Counted from the first letter of the stretch, positions 17,827-27,784 are shown. The stretch is DNA of 64,000 nucleotides from a candidate division Kazan bacterium GW2011_GWA1_50_15 (GCA_001029795.1 CP011216.1:134903-198902), one strand, 5' to 3'. Numbers and translations are program-made. The notes: a model not told the origin generated them from the sequence alone.

Positions 17827-19014
17827 ATGCGTCCGTATCACAGACAGGATTATTATTTGGCGGTGACCACTTTCGTGCTGGTCGTCTTTGGATTGATTAT
17901 GGTGGCTTCGGCTTCGGTAGTGGAGTCCTACGCCGCTACCGGCTCGAATAACTATTACTTCATTCGCCAATCCGTTTTTGCCGTGATCGGGATATTTTTA
18001 TGGTGGTTTTTACAGAAACTAGACTATCGCTACTGGAAACGCTGGGCGACTACTCTGCTGATCGTGGCTGGCGTATTGTTGGTGGCTGTGCTGATCCCAG
18101 GGTTGGGCGTAGAGGCGGGAGGCGCTCGGCGATGGATCGGGTTCGGTGATTTTACGTTGCAAGCCAGTGAGGTGGCCAAGTTCGCGCTGGTAGTGTACCT
18201 GGCGTATTGGTTCGAGAAGAAGGGACGGGAGATAACTGACTTTTACAAAACTTTTTTGCCGTTCGTGTTGGTTCTGGTGGGGGTGTTCTTTCTGGTTATG
18301 CAGGAGCCGGACTTGGGGACGGCATTAGTTATTGCTCTGATTGCTGGGACTATGTATATGGTAGCCGGGGCATCCTGGGGGCAGCTGTCTGGTCTAGTCT
18401 TGGCCGGGGTTGCTGGTGTGCTGCTACTGATCAAAGTGGCACCGTATCGCCTGAAACGGCTGTTAACGTTCCTTAATCCAAGCGCGGACCCGCTGGGGGC
18501 TGGGTACCACATCAATCAAGCGTTACTGGCTATTGGTTCGGGCGGTATCTTTGGGCTGGGATACGGTCATAGCCGCCAAAAGTACAATTTTCTGCCCGAG
18601 CCCTCATCTGACTCAATTTTTGCTATTATTGGGGAGGAGCTAGGCCTGATTGGGTCAGTCTTTCTGGTGATCATCCCTTTTGCTATCATCGTCTGGCGGG
18701 GCCTCCTGGTAGCCCGTAAGGCGCCAGATATGTTCGGTCGGATGATGGCGCTAGGGCTAACCTGTTGGATCGGATATCAGGCGATTATTAACATCGGCGC
18801 CATCGTGGGGCTATTCCCTCTAACTGGGGTGCCGCTGCCGTTCGTCAGTCTGGGCGGGTCATCACTGGTGATCATGCTAGCGGCTTCAGGAGTCCTCTTA
18901 AATATCTCCAAGCAGACGGTTAAAAGCACTGAAGATGAAAATCCTCTTAGCTGGTGGTGGAACTGGTGGGCACGTTATTCCCACACTGGCAGTAGCCGCT
19001 CAATTAGAAAGTAA
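17827..19014 (+). CDS. ftsW: Peptidoglycan glycosyltransferase FtsW (SEDS family)
   Basis: Ten-TM SEDS protein (GFGDFTLQASE, GVPLPFVSLGGSS); the 3' end overlaps murG by ~80 nt. Confidence 0.8.
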   Translation: MRPYHRQDYYLAVTTFVLVVFGLIMVASASVVESYAATGSNNYYFIRQSVFAVIGIFLWWFLQKLDYRYWKRWATTLLIVAGVLLVAVLIPGLGVEAGGARRWIGFGDFTLQASEVAKFALVVYLAYWFEKKGREITDFYKTFLPFVLVLVGVFFLVMQEPDLGTALVIALIAGTMYMVAGASWGQLSGLVLAGVAGVLLLIKVAPYRLKRLLTFLNPSADPLGAGYHINQALLAIGSGGIFGLGYGHSRQKYNFLPEPSSDSIFAIIGEELGLIGSVFLVIIPFAIIVWRGLLVARKAPDMFGRMMALGLTCWIGYQAIINIGAIVGLFPLTGVPLPFVSLGGSSLVIMLAASGVLLNISKQTVKSTEDENPLSWWWNWWARYSHTGSSRSIRK

Positions 19015-20050
19015 GGCGCCTGATACCGAACTGCTATATATTGGTTCACGAGTATCATCTGACGCCAAGCTGGTTGAAGCCGCTGGTCTGCCGTTCAGAG
19101 CCATAACAACTGGCAAGTTGCGGCGCTATTGGTCGTGGCAGAATGTGGTAGATGTTTTTAAGTTCCTGACCGGTCTCGTCCAGGCTGGCAAAATCTTGCG
19201 CGAGTTCCGCCCCGATGTGGTATTTGCCAAGGGTGGTTATGTGGCCCTGCCGGTAGTACTGGCGGCTAAACGACAGCATATCCCAGTAGTGGTGCATGAA
19301 TCCGATAGTCGGTTAGGGTTGGCTAATCGGTTAGCTATTCCATCTGCTAGCAAAGTGGCGGTATCTTTTCCGATCGATGAGTATATCCGGCAGCAACCTA
19401 ATTTGGGGCGATATCGCGCCAAATTTATCTACACCGGGCTGCCCCTGCCAGATTCACTTCTACGCGATTCAGGTAGGCCGGTATTTAGCAATCAACGGCC
19501 GACTATCTTGGTGACGGGTGGTTCGCAGGGGGCCCAAGCGATCAACCAGGCGGTCTGGGAGATATTGCCGGAGCTATTGGCGAAATATAATCTAGTGCAT
19601 CAGGTTGGGGCGAACGGTCTGACGGAGGCTGAGCGGCACGTCCAGGTGTTACCACCGGGGTTGGGAGAGTATTATCGCCCATTCGGTTTTGATGCCGACT
19701 TCTATCAACAAGCATTGCACGCCGCTGATCTAGTGGTTGCTAGGGCCGGTTCGATGGTATTTGAGCTGCAGGCCCTGGCCAAGCCGGCGATCCTAATCCC
19801 TCTGCCGCACTCAGCCGGCGGTCATCAACATCGCAACGCCAAGTTCTTGGTTGAGCATGATGCGGCAGTAGCGATTGACCAAAGACAGCTAACCGCCAAT
19901 GGATTGATGGCGGTGATAGAGCAGCTGATGAGTGACCAAACTCTGCGCGAGCGGTTAGCCCAGAATTTGTCAACTTTAGGCAAGGTCAACGTAGCTGCCA
20001 GCCGGACGCTGGCCGATCTAGTTATAGCCACTGCTCAACATGTTAGGTAA
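18935..20050 (+). CDS. murG: UDP-GlcNAc:lipid I GlcNAc transferase MurG
   Basis: MKILLAGGGTGGHV N-terminus and GT-B C-domain. Confidence 0.85.
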   Translation: MKILLAGGGTGGHVIPTLAVAAQLESKAPDTELLYIGSRVSSDAKLVEAAGLPFRAITTGKLRRYWSWQNVVDVFKFLTGLVQAGKILREFRPDVVFAKGGYVALPVVLAAKRQHIPVVVHESDSRLGLANRLAIPSASKVAVSFPIDEYIRQQPNLGRYRAKFIYTGLPLPDSLLRDSGRPVFSNQRPTILVTGGSQGAQAINQAVWEILPELLAKYNLVHQVGANGLTEAERHVQVLPPGLGEYYRPFGFDADFYQQALHAADLVVARAGSMVFELQALAKPAILIPLPHSAGGHQHRNAKFLVEHDAAVAIDQRQLTANGLMAVIEQLMSDQTLRERLAQNLSTLGKVNVAASRTLADLVIATAQHVR

Positions 20051-20639
20051 ATTAATTAAGGTCGGCCGCTGGCTGGTCATCGCTTTGCTCGTCATGGCGG
20101 TGTTGTTCGTGGCGATCAACAGCCAGTTTTTTATTAAGCAAGTAAATTTTTGGTGGGGGCAGGATGTGTCGCATAAAGCCATCCCGATTAACCCTACGGC
20201 TACTGACGTTCCCGACCAGATTCAGATCCCAGCGTTGCAGGTCCAGGCTCCATTGGTCTATATTGACAGCACTGACGTGTTAACGGTGCAGTCGGCTCTA
20301 GCCCAAGGGGTGGTACACTATCCGGGGACGGTTCTACCTGGGGAGTTTGGCAATGCGTTCTACTTTGGGCATTCATCGGATTTTATTAGTAAACCTGGCC
20401 GCTATAAAACCGTGTTTGCCTTGTTGCCGCGTATCGAAATTGGCCAAGAGATATTGGTCAATGACGGCCGGGGCCGCCAATTCACTTACCGGGTAGTGAG
20501 TAAGCAGGTAGTCCCGGCGACTGCGACGGAATGGTTGGACCAAGGCGACCGCCGCAGGAGGCTACTTACTCTTCAAACATCATATCCGGTAGGGACAGCG
20601 ATAGCGCGTTATATCGTTCAGGCGGAGATCAAGCAGTGA
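20040..20639 (+). CDS. Sortase-fold protein with Ser at the canonical Cys position
   Basis: TM anchor; FGHSSD (His), LLTLQTSYP where sortases have LTLITC, and a downstream conserved Arg (AIARYIV). Confidence 0.45.
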   Translation: MLGKLIKVGRWLVIALLVMAVLFVAINSQFFIKQVNFWWGQDVSHKAIPINPTATDVPDQIQIPALQVQAPLVYIDSTDVLTVQSALAQGVVHYPGTVLPGEFGNAFYFGHSSDFISKPGRYKTVFALLPRIEIGQEILVNDGRGRQFTYRVVSKQVVPATATEWLDQGDRRRRLLTLQTSYPVGTAIARYIVQAEIKQ

Positions 20640-20640
20640 A

Positions 20641-20670
20641 GCATGAATTATGAATAATGAATTATGAACG
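20641..20670 (-). promoter_or_regulatory. AT-rich CATAATTC-N6-CATAATTC motif, copy 3 (inverted, just upstream of murC)
   Basis: Minus strand reads ccgttcataattcattattcataattcatgc. Confidence 0.35.
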
Positions 20671-22058
20671 GGGAGAAGATGAAAAATAAGCAATATTTTT
20701 TGGTCGGGATCGGAGGGATCGGGATGCAGGCGGTGGCAAGACTTTTGGCGGCTAACGGTCACCGCGTGTCAGGTTCTGATGTGGGCGATTTCGAAGCACG
20801 CATGGATTTGAAGTGCGCGGGGATCGAGACGTTCGTTGGTCATGATGCCGCCCATATTACCAAGAACATCGACGAAGTCATCTACTCGGCGGCTATTCCC
20901 GAGACCAATCCCGAACTGCAAGCCGCTCGAAAACTCAACATCCCGGTTCGGCGGAGACTGGAACCGATCGGCGAGATAATGAAGACCAAGACAGGCATTG
21001 CGATCGCTGGGACTCACGGAAAAACTACCGCTACGACCATGCTAGCGCTGATCTTGCAGGCGGCCGGCCGAGATCCGCTGGCTTTGATCGGAGCCGAGGT
21101 AAAAGACGCGCACTCGAACGTGATGCTGGGGCACGGTTCATTAATGGTGGTAGAGGCTTGCGAATATAGCCGGTCGTTTCTTGATCTGAACCCGAAGATC
21201 ATCGTTATCACCAATATTGAGGCGGATCATCTAGATTATTATCGCGATCTAGATGACATCAAAGACGCATTCACTGATTTTCTAAAGAAACTTCCGTCCG
21301 ATGGCATTATTATCGCTAATGGCGATGATCCCACGGTGCGCGAGGTGGTGGGGCGGGTGAACCGTAAGGTGGTCTGGGCGGGGCTTGGCGAAGGGAACGA
21401 TCTGCGAGCTACTAACTTGGAGTACAGGGAAGGGCGTCTGCATTTTGCCGTCAATGGAACTAAGTTGCACCTACAAGTGCCCGGTCGGCACAACGTTAGC
21501 GATGCCGTGTTGGCCTGGGGCGCGGCCCGAGCCGTAGGGGTGGACGATGTCACGGTCAAGCATGTGTTGCAGGATGAGTTTAAGGGTATTCAGCGGCGGT
21601 TCGAGATCCTCGGGACTACGCGAGGGGTTACTTTCGTCGATGACTATGCTCATCATCCCACCGAGATCACAGCAGTATTGGAAGGGACGCGGGAGTATTT
21701 TGGCGACCGGAGACTTTGGGTAGTTTTCCATCCGCACCAATTCAGCCGGACTCGGTTGCTGCTGCACGACTTTGCTAAAAGTTTTGTTGGCGTTGATACA
21801 GTTTTGGTCGCGCCGATCTATGCCGTGCGCGATAGCGAGGCAGATAAAAAGTCGATCAGCAGCGAGCAGTTGGTGGACGCGATCAATCAAATCAGTAACA
21901 ATGCCAAATACGTGGGTGACTTTGCCAAGATCGAAGAGTGGTTAGAAGCCAAGCTCCAGCCGGGCGACGTGGTGCTAACCATGGGTGCGGGGCAAGCTAA
22001 TCTCTTTGGGATCAAGCTATTAGATCGGTTAAGAAGCCAGTCGCAGGCGGTATTCTAA
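20664..22058 (+). CDS. murC: UDP-N-acetylmuramate--L-alanine ligase MurC
   Basis: YFLVGIGGIGMQAVARLL, GIAIAGTHGKTTATTM P-loop and Mur ligase C-domain. Confidence 0.85.
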   Translation: MNGEKMKNKQYFLVGIGGIGMQAVARLLAANGHRVSGSDVGDFEARMDLKCAGIETFVGHDAAHITKNIDEVIYSAAIPETNPELQAARKLNIPVRRRLEPIGEIMKTKTGIAIAGTHGKTTATTMLALILQAAGRDPLALIGAEVKDAHSNVMLGHGSLMVVEACEYSRSFLDLNPKIIVITNIEADHLDYYRDLDDIKDAFTDFLKKLPSDGIIIANGDDPTVREVVGRVNRKVVWAGLGEGNDLRATNLEYREGRLHFAVNGTKLHLQVPGRHNVSDAVLAWGAARAVGVDDVTVKHVLQDEFKGIQRRFEILGTTRGVTFVDDYAHHPTEITAVLEGTREYFGDRRLWVVFHPHQFSRTRLLLHDFAKSFVGVDTVLVAPIYAVRDSEADKKSISSEQLVDAINQISNNAKYVGDFAKIEEWLEAKLQPGDVVLTMGAGQANLFGIKLLDRLRSQSQAVF

Positions 22059-22933
22059 TGTTGAAACGGGGGTTCGCTGCCAATTGGTTTACTAAAAAAC
22101 CGAGGCGTCCAATGGCGCAGCGGGTAGTGTTGTACAATCGGCAGCAGCGATCCGGCCGGGCGCTGCAGCGCGAATCATTCAGACCTCGTCTGAGGCTGCC
22201 TCAGGTGCGGGTAGATCTATCTCGGGGCAGTTCGGCGTGGTGGTCAAAGTTGGCGGTACTGATCGGTCTGGGGTTGGTTGGTTATCTGATATTTGGGACC
22301 AGCATGTTCACTCTGGATACGTTAAGAGTGGCAGGTACGCACTTAACTGATCCTCAAACCGTGCAGGATGTGTTGTTCCCGCATGGTTTTACTCGCATTA
22401 ACGCACTCACTTGGTGGGAGGGCCGAGCCAGACGCAAGGTGCTGTCGCTACCTCAGGTCCAGGAGGTGCATTTTAGCAAGAACCTGATCTCGGATACCTT
22501 GATTGTGGAGGTGACCGAACAGCAGACCGCGATAGTCTGGCAGACGGCCGGGGAAAAGTTTTTGGTCAATCGCTACGGGGTGGTCTATGACCGAGCGGAG
22601 GAGGGGAGTCCGCTTTTGACTATTGAGGACTTGAAAAATATTCCGGTAAGTTTAAATCAGCGTATCATCACTCCGGAATTCTTGGATTTTGTAACGAGTT
22701 TTGCCGCGAACTTGCCGCGGAAGACCAATTTGGTCATTCGCCGAATTACCGTACCCGAGACCACGTTTGAAGTCGAGATGGAGACCAGCGAGGGGTGGAG
22801 GATTATTTTAGACACAACCAGCAGCTACGAAGAGCAGTTGAATAATCTAGTTCGGGTTCTCCAAGAGATGGGGGACCAGAAGCCGAGGGAGTATGTGGAC
22901 TTAAGGGTCGGCAAGAAAGTTTTCTACCGCTAG
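22058..22933 (+). CDS. ftsQ: Cell division protein FtsQ/DivIB-like (POTRA)
   Basis: Basic N-terminus, TM helix, POTRA-like beta-rich region; follows murC with an ATG/TAA overlap. Confidence 0.55.
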   Translation: MLKRGFAANWFTKKPRRPMAQRVVLYNRQQRSGRALQRESFRPRLRLPQVRVDLSRGSSAWWSKLAVLIGLGLVGYLIFGTSMFTLDTLRVAGTHLTDPQTVQDVLFPHGFTRINALTWWEGRARRKVLSLPQVQEVHFSKNLISDTLIVEVTEQQTAIVWQTAGEKFLVNRYGVVYDRAEEGSPLLTIEDLKNIPVSLNQRIITPEFLDFVTSFAANLPRKTNLVIRRITVPETTFEVEMETSEGWRIILDTTSSYEEQLNNLVRVLQEMGDQKPREYVDLRVGKKVFYR

Positions 22934-23018
22934 GTTGCCAGCCAAGGGGTTGGTGTGGTATAGAGATGGCGGGGGCATAGTCTCCTAGCTCTTTGATTAG
23001 TACCAGTCCACAGGAGGT

Positions 23019-23519
23019 GTGATGGATATGGTTAAGGCGATCATTGAATATTGTCCATGGGGCGGAAATCCCCATCGTCGCTGGGTGCTGGTGGATGCTC
23101 AAGTCCAACTCCAGGGACAGCTGCCGGGCAAGTGGCGGATGAATGGCTGGAGTAGCGGGCAGGCGGTGTTCGAGGAGGATTTGATCGAATTAGCAGGCGC
23201 TCTGCCGCGGTTCGTCTTTACTCCTCGTCGTCAACGTCAAGGGCAAGCAGCTCTCTTTGACCAAAGCGAACCGGGGACCTGGGACTTCGACCAGGCGGCT
23301 GGTACGTTTCAGTTGGTGGCACCGGGTCGGCCAACAGTAGAAGGACGGCCGGAGGCGCCGATCGTGCTCGGTCAGGACTTAGTCCAGTTGGCCGGATGGC
23401 TGCCAGGCGTTATCTATAGATTACGTGAGCGGGCTGACCAGAGCGATGCATCGGGCCGACACGAGACGATGATCGTTCTCAGGCAGGACGACGTGGTTGA
23501 AGCCATGGTTGGCGGCTAG
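23019..23519 (+). CDS. Hypothetical protein (GC-rich, no recognisable domain)
   Basis: 166-aa ORF with coding-like composition, followed by an intrinsic terminator at 23530-23558. Confidence 0.3.
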   Translation: MMDMVKAIIEYCPWGGNPHRRWVLVDAQVQLQGQLPGKWRMNGWSSGQAVFEEDLIELAGALPRFVFTPRRQRQGQAALFDQSEPGTWDFDQAAGTFQLVAPGRPTVEGRPEAPIVLGQDLVQLAGWLPGVIYRLRERADQSDASGRHETMIVLRQDDVVEAMVGG

Positions 23520-23529
23520 CGGATGCTTA

Positions 23530-23558
23530 GTGGGAGAGAATTCCTCTCCCACTTTTTT
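23530..23558 (+). terminator. Rho-independent terminator
   Basis: gtgggagag-aattc-ctctcccac followed by tttttt. Confidence 0.6.
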
Positions 23559-23618
23559 ATGCTCGCCAACAGGGGCCTGTGCTATGATAGAAAGTGCTTA
23601 ATTTCCCAGGGAGGTTTT

Positions 23619-25088
23619 ATGCAGTTGGCTTGGTATCGCAAATACCGGCCCCAGACATTTTCCGAGGTGGTGGGGCAGGCTCATATTAAGACTACGCTAT
23701 TAAATCAGATCAAAGCGGGCAGTTTTGGCCATGCTTATTTATTCGCGGGTCCGAAGGGGACGGGCAAAACTTCTATCGCTCGAATACTGGCCAGAACAGT
23801 TAACTGTTTGGATACCAATTCTCCAGCTGGCGAAGGCGAAGCGTGCGGTAAGTGTGCTATGTGCCAAGCCTTCGACCATGGCCAGATGCTGGACCTGATC
23901 GAGATCGATGCCGCTTCTAATACCGGGGTAGATAACATCCGCGATCTGATTGACAAAATCGCTCTGGCCCCGACCATGGGGAGATTTAAGATCTACGTTA
24001 TCGACGAAGCGCACATGTTATCGAAAGCGGCTTTTAACGCGCTGTTGAAAACTCTAGAGGAACCGCCAGCGCACGCCATCTTTGTGCTAGCGACTACTGA
24101 ACCGCAAAAGTTCCCGGCTACTATTGTTTCACGGTGTCAGCGATTTGATTTCCACTATCTGACCGTGTCTGAGGTGGCAGATTGGTTGAAGACGGTGGCG
24201 GTGAAGGAACAGGTCAAGCTGGCCGACGCGGCGGCCGAACTGTTAGCGCAGGAGGCCGGCGGGAGTATGCGGGACGCTATCGCGCTTTTAGAACAAGCGG
24301 CCGCTGCCGGCGGAGAGATCACCAAAGACCAGCTAACAAGTTGGTTGGGCCTGGTCGATTGGACAACAGTATATCAACTTATGCAAAAGGTATTGGCGGG
24401 CGAGACTAAAGCCGCCACTGCGCAACTGGCCCAGATCTACCAAGACGGTTACGATCTACATCGGTTGGCAATAGCCTGGATCGCGCTGGTGCGTCAGATC
24501 TTGACTGTGAAGCTAGGCAATGCGTCCGAGCTGGGTTTAAGCGCCGATCGAGAGCGTCAGCTTGGGCCGCTGGCCGAACAACTCACTTTGGGCGAGATCG
24601 CTTGGCTGCTGGAAGATCTGATGCAGGCGGCAACCGACATTAAAACGGCGGCGGTGGTTCAGTTGCCGTTGGAGTTGGTGATAGTGAGAGCGGTACATCA
24701 ATTAGCGTCGGCGGGACATAATAATGATAATGATCAGCCGCCGAGTAGTAATATGACGCAGCCTCCGGTTAGCAACAAGACTGGCGATCCAAAGGACGCA
24801 GTAGAAAATTGGCCGCGGGTAGTGAGTGCGGTGCGGGAGACCCATCCAACTTTGGCCGCTCTGCTGGGGCAGGCGCACGTTGACCAACAAAGCAATAAAC
24901 TGCGGGCAACATTTGGCTTACCGTTTCACAAAGAGATGGTGGAGCAACCAGCCAACCGCCAGGTGGTGATGGGAGCGCTGCAGCGCCTGGGGTGGGAGTG
25001 TACAATAGAGTGTGTCGTGGATGCCAAACCGGCCACGCCTAAGGGCGTAGCGGTCGAAGAAGTTCTCCAGGTCTTCGGGCAAGTTTAA
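23619..25088 (+). CDS. dnaX: DNA polymerase III subunit tau/gamma (DnaX)
   Basis: MQLAWYRKYRPQTFSEVVGQ, GPKGTGKTS Walker A, a Zn module (CGKCAMCQ) and SRC. Start placed at the ATG after a GGGAGG SD and downstream of the terminator. Confidence 0.85.
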   Translation: MQLAWYRKYRPQTFSEVVGQAHIKTTLLNQIKAGSFGHAYLFAGPKGTGKTSIARILARTVNCLDTNSPAGEGEACGKCAMCQAFDHGQMLDLIEIDAASNTGVDNIRDLIDKIALAPTMGRFKIYVIDEAHMLSKAAFNALLKTLEEPPAHAIFVLATTEPQKFPATIVSRCQRFDFHYLTVSEVADWLKTVAVKEQVKLADAAAELLAQEAGGSMRDAIALLEQAAAAGGEITKDQLTSWLGLVDWTTVYQLMQKVLAGETKAATAQLAQIYQDGYDLHRLAIAWIALVRQILTVKLGNASELGLSADRERQLGPLAEQLTLGEIAWLLEDLMQAATDIKTAAVVQLPLELVIVRAVHQLASAGHNNDNDQPPSSNMTQPPVSNKTGDPKDAVENWPRVVSAVRETHPTLAALLGQAHVDQQSNKLRATFGLPFHKEMVEQPANRQVVMGALQRLGWECTIECVVDAKPATPKGVAVEEVLQVFGQV

Positions 25089-25136
25089 TCCTTCGTTTTT
25101 AACTTATCACTTGTCACCTATAACTTTTCACTGACC

Positions 25137-26483
25137 ATGGCCGACCTAACGCCACCTCAAAATCTGGACGCGGAACAGTCGCTTTTGGGCGCTATGCTTT
25201 TGGATAAGGAAACAATGGCGCGAGTGGTAGACGTGGTCCGGCCCGAGGATTTTTACGATGAGCGGCATGGGTTCGTTTTTGGCGCTATGCGCGAGCTGTA
25301 CGACAGCCATCGGCCGGTCGACCTAGTTACGGTAACGGAAGTGCTGGCGAATCAGGGGAATTTGGAGAGGGTCGGCGGGGCGAGTAAGTTGGCCGCATTG
25401 ACCACAGGCACTCCCAGTGCCGCCCACGCTGCCCAGTACGCCGAGATAGTGGCCAACAAAGCAACTCTGCGCCGGCTGATCTCAGCCGCCAGTATGATCG
25501 GGGAGCTGGCCTTTAAGGAAACCGCTAATTTAGATGAGACATTGGATCGGGCCGAACAAGCGCTGTTTAACGTATCGCGCAAACACCTCAAAACCTCGTT
25601 TATTCCCGTCAAAGAGGTCTTGAGCGGCGCTTTTGAACGGATCGACGCTTTATATGAGAACCGCGGGCAACTCAGGGGTATCCCAACCGGGTTCAAGGAT
25701 TTGGATGATTTGCTAGCCGGTCTGCAGGGCGCCAACTTGATCATTGTGGCGGCGCGGCCGAGTATGGGTAAAACCTCTTTTGCATTGAACGTAGCAGCGA
25801 ACGCGGCCGGACACGGCCACTATAGCGTGGGGATATTTAGCCTAGAGATGTCCAAAGACGAATTAGTCGAACGGCTATTAGCCTCGGAGGCGAACATTGA
25901 TTCATGGAAGATGCAGACAGGTAATTTGAACGAACAGGACTTCCCAGCTATCTCTGAAGCCATGGGCAAATTGGCTGAGATGCCTATTTACATTGATGAC
26001 ATTGGGTTTATTAACGTCCTGGAGATCAGATCAAAGGCTAGACGGTTGAAGGCTGAAAAAGGATTGGATCTGCTCATTATTGATCACATGCAGTTGATGG
26101 AGGGCTCAATGCGCCGCGACGAGAGCCGAGTACAGGAGATGTCAGAAATTTCTCGGTCATTGAAGGCGCTGGCCAAGGAGCTCAATATCCCCATTATCGC
26201 TATTTCACAGTTGTCACGAGCCGTGGAACAGCGTGAGCGGAAGATCCCGCAGTTGTCCGATCTGCGCGAGAGCGGGTCGATCGAACAAGACGCCGACGTG
26301 GTGATGTTCATCTATCGTGAGGAGTACTACAATCCCAAGACTGAACGCAAGAATGTGGCGGATATCCTGATCGCCAAGCATCGTAACGGGCCAACGGGCA
26401 GAGTAGAGATCTACTTTGACGCTAGTCGGATGCAGTTCAGGGACTTGGAGCGGCGGCGGGAGGAAGCCCCGGTAGCGGCTTAG
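25137..26483 (+). CDS. dnaB: Replicative DNA helicase DnaB
   Basis: DnaB N-domain (PPQNLDAEQSLLGAML), Walker A (ARPSMGKTSF), ISQLSR and an arginine finger. Confidence 0.9.
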   Translation: MADLTPPQNLDAEQSLLGAMLLDKETMARVVDVVRPEDFYDERHGFVFGAMRELYDSHRPVDLVTVTEVLANQGNLERVGGASKLAALTTGTPSAAHAAQYAEIVANKATLRRLISAASMIGELAFKETANLDETLDRAEQALFNVSRKHLKTSFIPVKEVLSGAFERIDALYENRGQLRGIPTGFKDLDDLLAGLQGANLIIVAARPSMGKTSFALNVAANAAGHGHYSVGIFSLEMSKDELVERLLASEANIDSWKMQTGNLNEQDFPAISEAMGKLAEMPIYIDDIGFINVLEIRSKARRLKAEKGLDLLIIDHMQLMEGSMRRDESRVQEMSEISRSLKALAKELNIPIIAISQLSRAVEQRERKIPQLSDLRESGSIEQDADVVMFIYREEYYNPKTERKNVADILIAKHRNGPTGRVEIYFDASRMQFRDLERRREEAPVAA

Positions 26484-26509
26484 CCGTTGCGGTCGGGTAT
26501 AATAGGAGG

Positions 26510-27784
26510 GTGAGTAACCGGCCGCATTTTTTATTACAGCTCATCAGGTGGGACCTGCGAGCGACTCTAGCCCTGGCCCTGGGTTTGGTGATCTTGGTGG
26601 GTTGGAGTTTAGCGGCGAGCGATGCCATGATAGCGTTCGATTTTGGGACAGCTTCTTTTGCCGACTTGAACTCGGGCGATATTCGGGTATCAGGCGGAGT
26701 GAGCTTATACCCGCAGACATCGGGGACGATTAGTTTTGGCTGGGTTAGCCCCGACATTACTGAGTTCAGTGATGGAGCGAATGTGAGCAATAAACGGAAT
26801 CGGGACTACAATGGCGGTCAGCCGCCAAACACTTTCCGGATCAGCGGCCTACCGGTTGGCAGTTATAAATTTAGCGCGACGGTGGGGACGGCGTCGGGGA
26901 CCCTGTCAACCCGGATGACGATTGGCGATAAAACCACAACTATCACTAAAAGTGACGGTTGGGGGACCATCTCGCTGATAACTAATGTGGGAGGCGACAG
27001 CGTCGACATCAATTTCTCTAGCGCTAACGGGGGAGACAGCTGGGGGATCAACGCGTTATTGATCAATCTTAGTACCGGGGCAGTGCCGCAGCCGGGGTTT
27101 AGTTTGAGCGCTGTGCCGGCTACCCAGCAGGTAATTGCTGGCGGGGTAGCCACTTTCGCGATCGGGATTACCCCATTCAATAACTATACGGGGACGGTAT
27201 CGTTCAGTGCGGCTGGGATAACGCCAGGAGTTACAGCAGCGTTCGTCCCATCACAGTTATCTAGTCTGCCAGGCAGCAGCGAGTTGCGGCTGGCGACCAC
27301 GGCGCAGACCTCACCGACTATCTACGAGGTCCTGGTTACAGCCGCGGGCAATGACAGCCAAGTTGTAACCAAGACGGCCATGGTAAAGCTGGTAGTGATA
27401 GCGGGGTCAGAGCCCAGTCCGCCAACTCAGCCGGGCGGAGAGGTGGTGAGTCCAGACGCTGTTTCGCCGCGGAGTGACCAAGAGGTCAAGGATGAATTTG
27501 CTTTAGTTGACCAGTATGTCCAACAAGTAGAGCAGCAGAGATTGGTCCAACCAAAAGAGGTAGTAGAACTGCAAACCATTAGTGATAGTATGGCCGGATT
27601 TCCCCTGGGGACTTTTGAACTCCCACCGCCTAAAACTAGCCTGGAGGCCTCGTTGCAGTTTCTTACCCGCGCCGGTATAATAGATTCGACTCTTAGTACT
27701 GCGTCCAGAAGCGACCAGCGCGCGCCGAAGCCACTAGGATTTTGGGCAAGGTTCTGGGGAGCGGTATCATCACCGGTGCAATGA
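26510..27784 (+). CDS. Secreted/membrane-anchored hypothetical protein (Ser/Thr/Gly-rich)
   Basis: Signal anchor, then 380 aa of low-complexity beta-rich sequence; GTG start immediately after a TATAAT plus AGGAGG. Confidence 0.4.
   Translation: MSNRPHFLLQLIRWDLRATLALALGLVILVGWSLAASDAMIAFDFGTASFADLNSGDIRVSGGVSLYPQTSGTISFGWVSPDITEFSDGANVSNKRNRDYNGGQPPNTFRISGLPVGSYKFSATVGTASGTLSTRMTIGDKTTTITKSDGWGTISLITNVGGDSVDINFSSANGGDSWGINALLINLSTGAVPQPGFSLSAVPATQQVIAGGVATFAIGITPFNNYTGTVSFSAAGITPGVTAAFVPSQLSSLPGSSELRLATTAQTSPTIYEVLVTAAGNDSQVVTKTAMVKLVVIAGSEPSPPTQPGGEVVSPDAVSPRSDQEVKDEFALVDQYVQQVEQQRLVQPKEVVELQTISDSMAGFPLGTFELPPPKTSLEASLQFLTRAGIIDSTLSTASRSDQRAPKPLGFWARFWGAVSSPVQ

Noticed and set aside
23523-23618. 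N-terminal extension of dnaX in the ORF track
   Set aside because: It contains an intrinsic terminator (23530-23558) belonging to the upstream gene. The canonical DnaX N-terminus begins at the ATG at 23619, which has a good SD.
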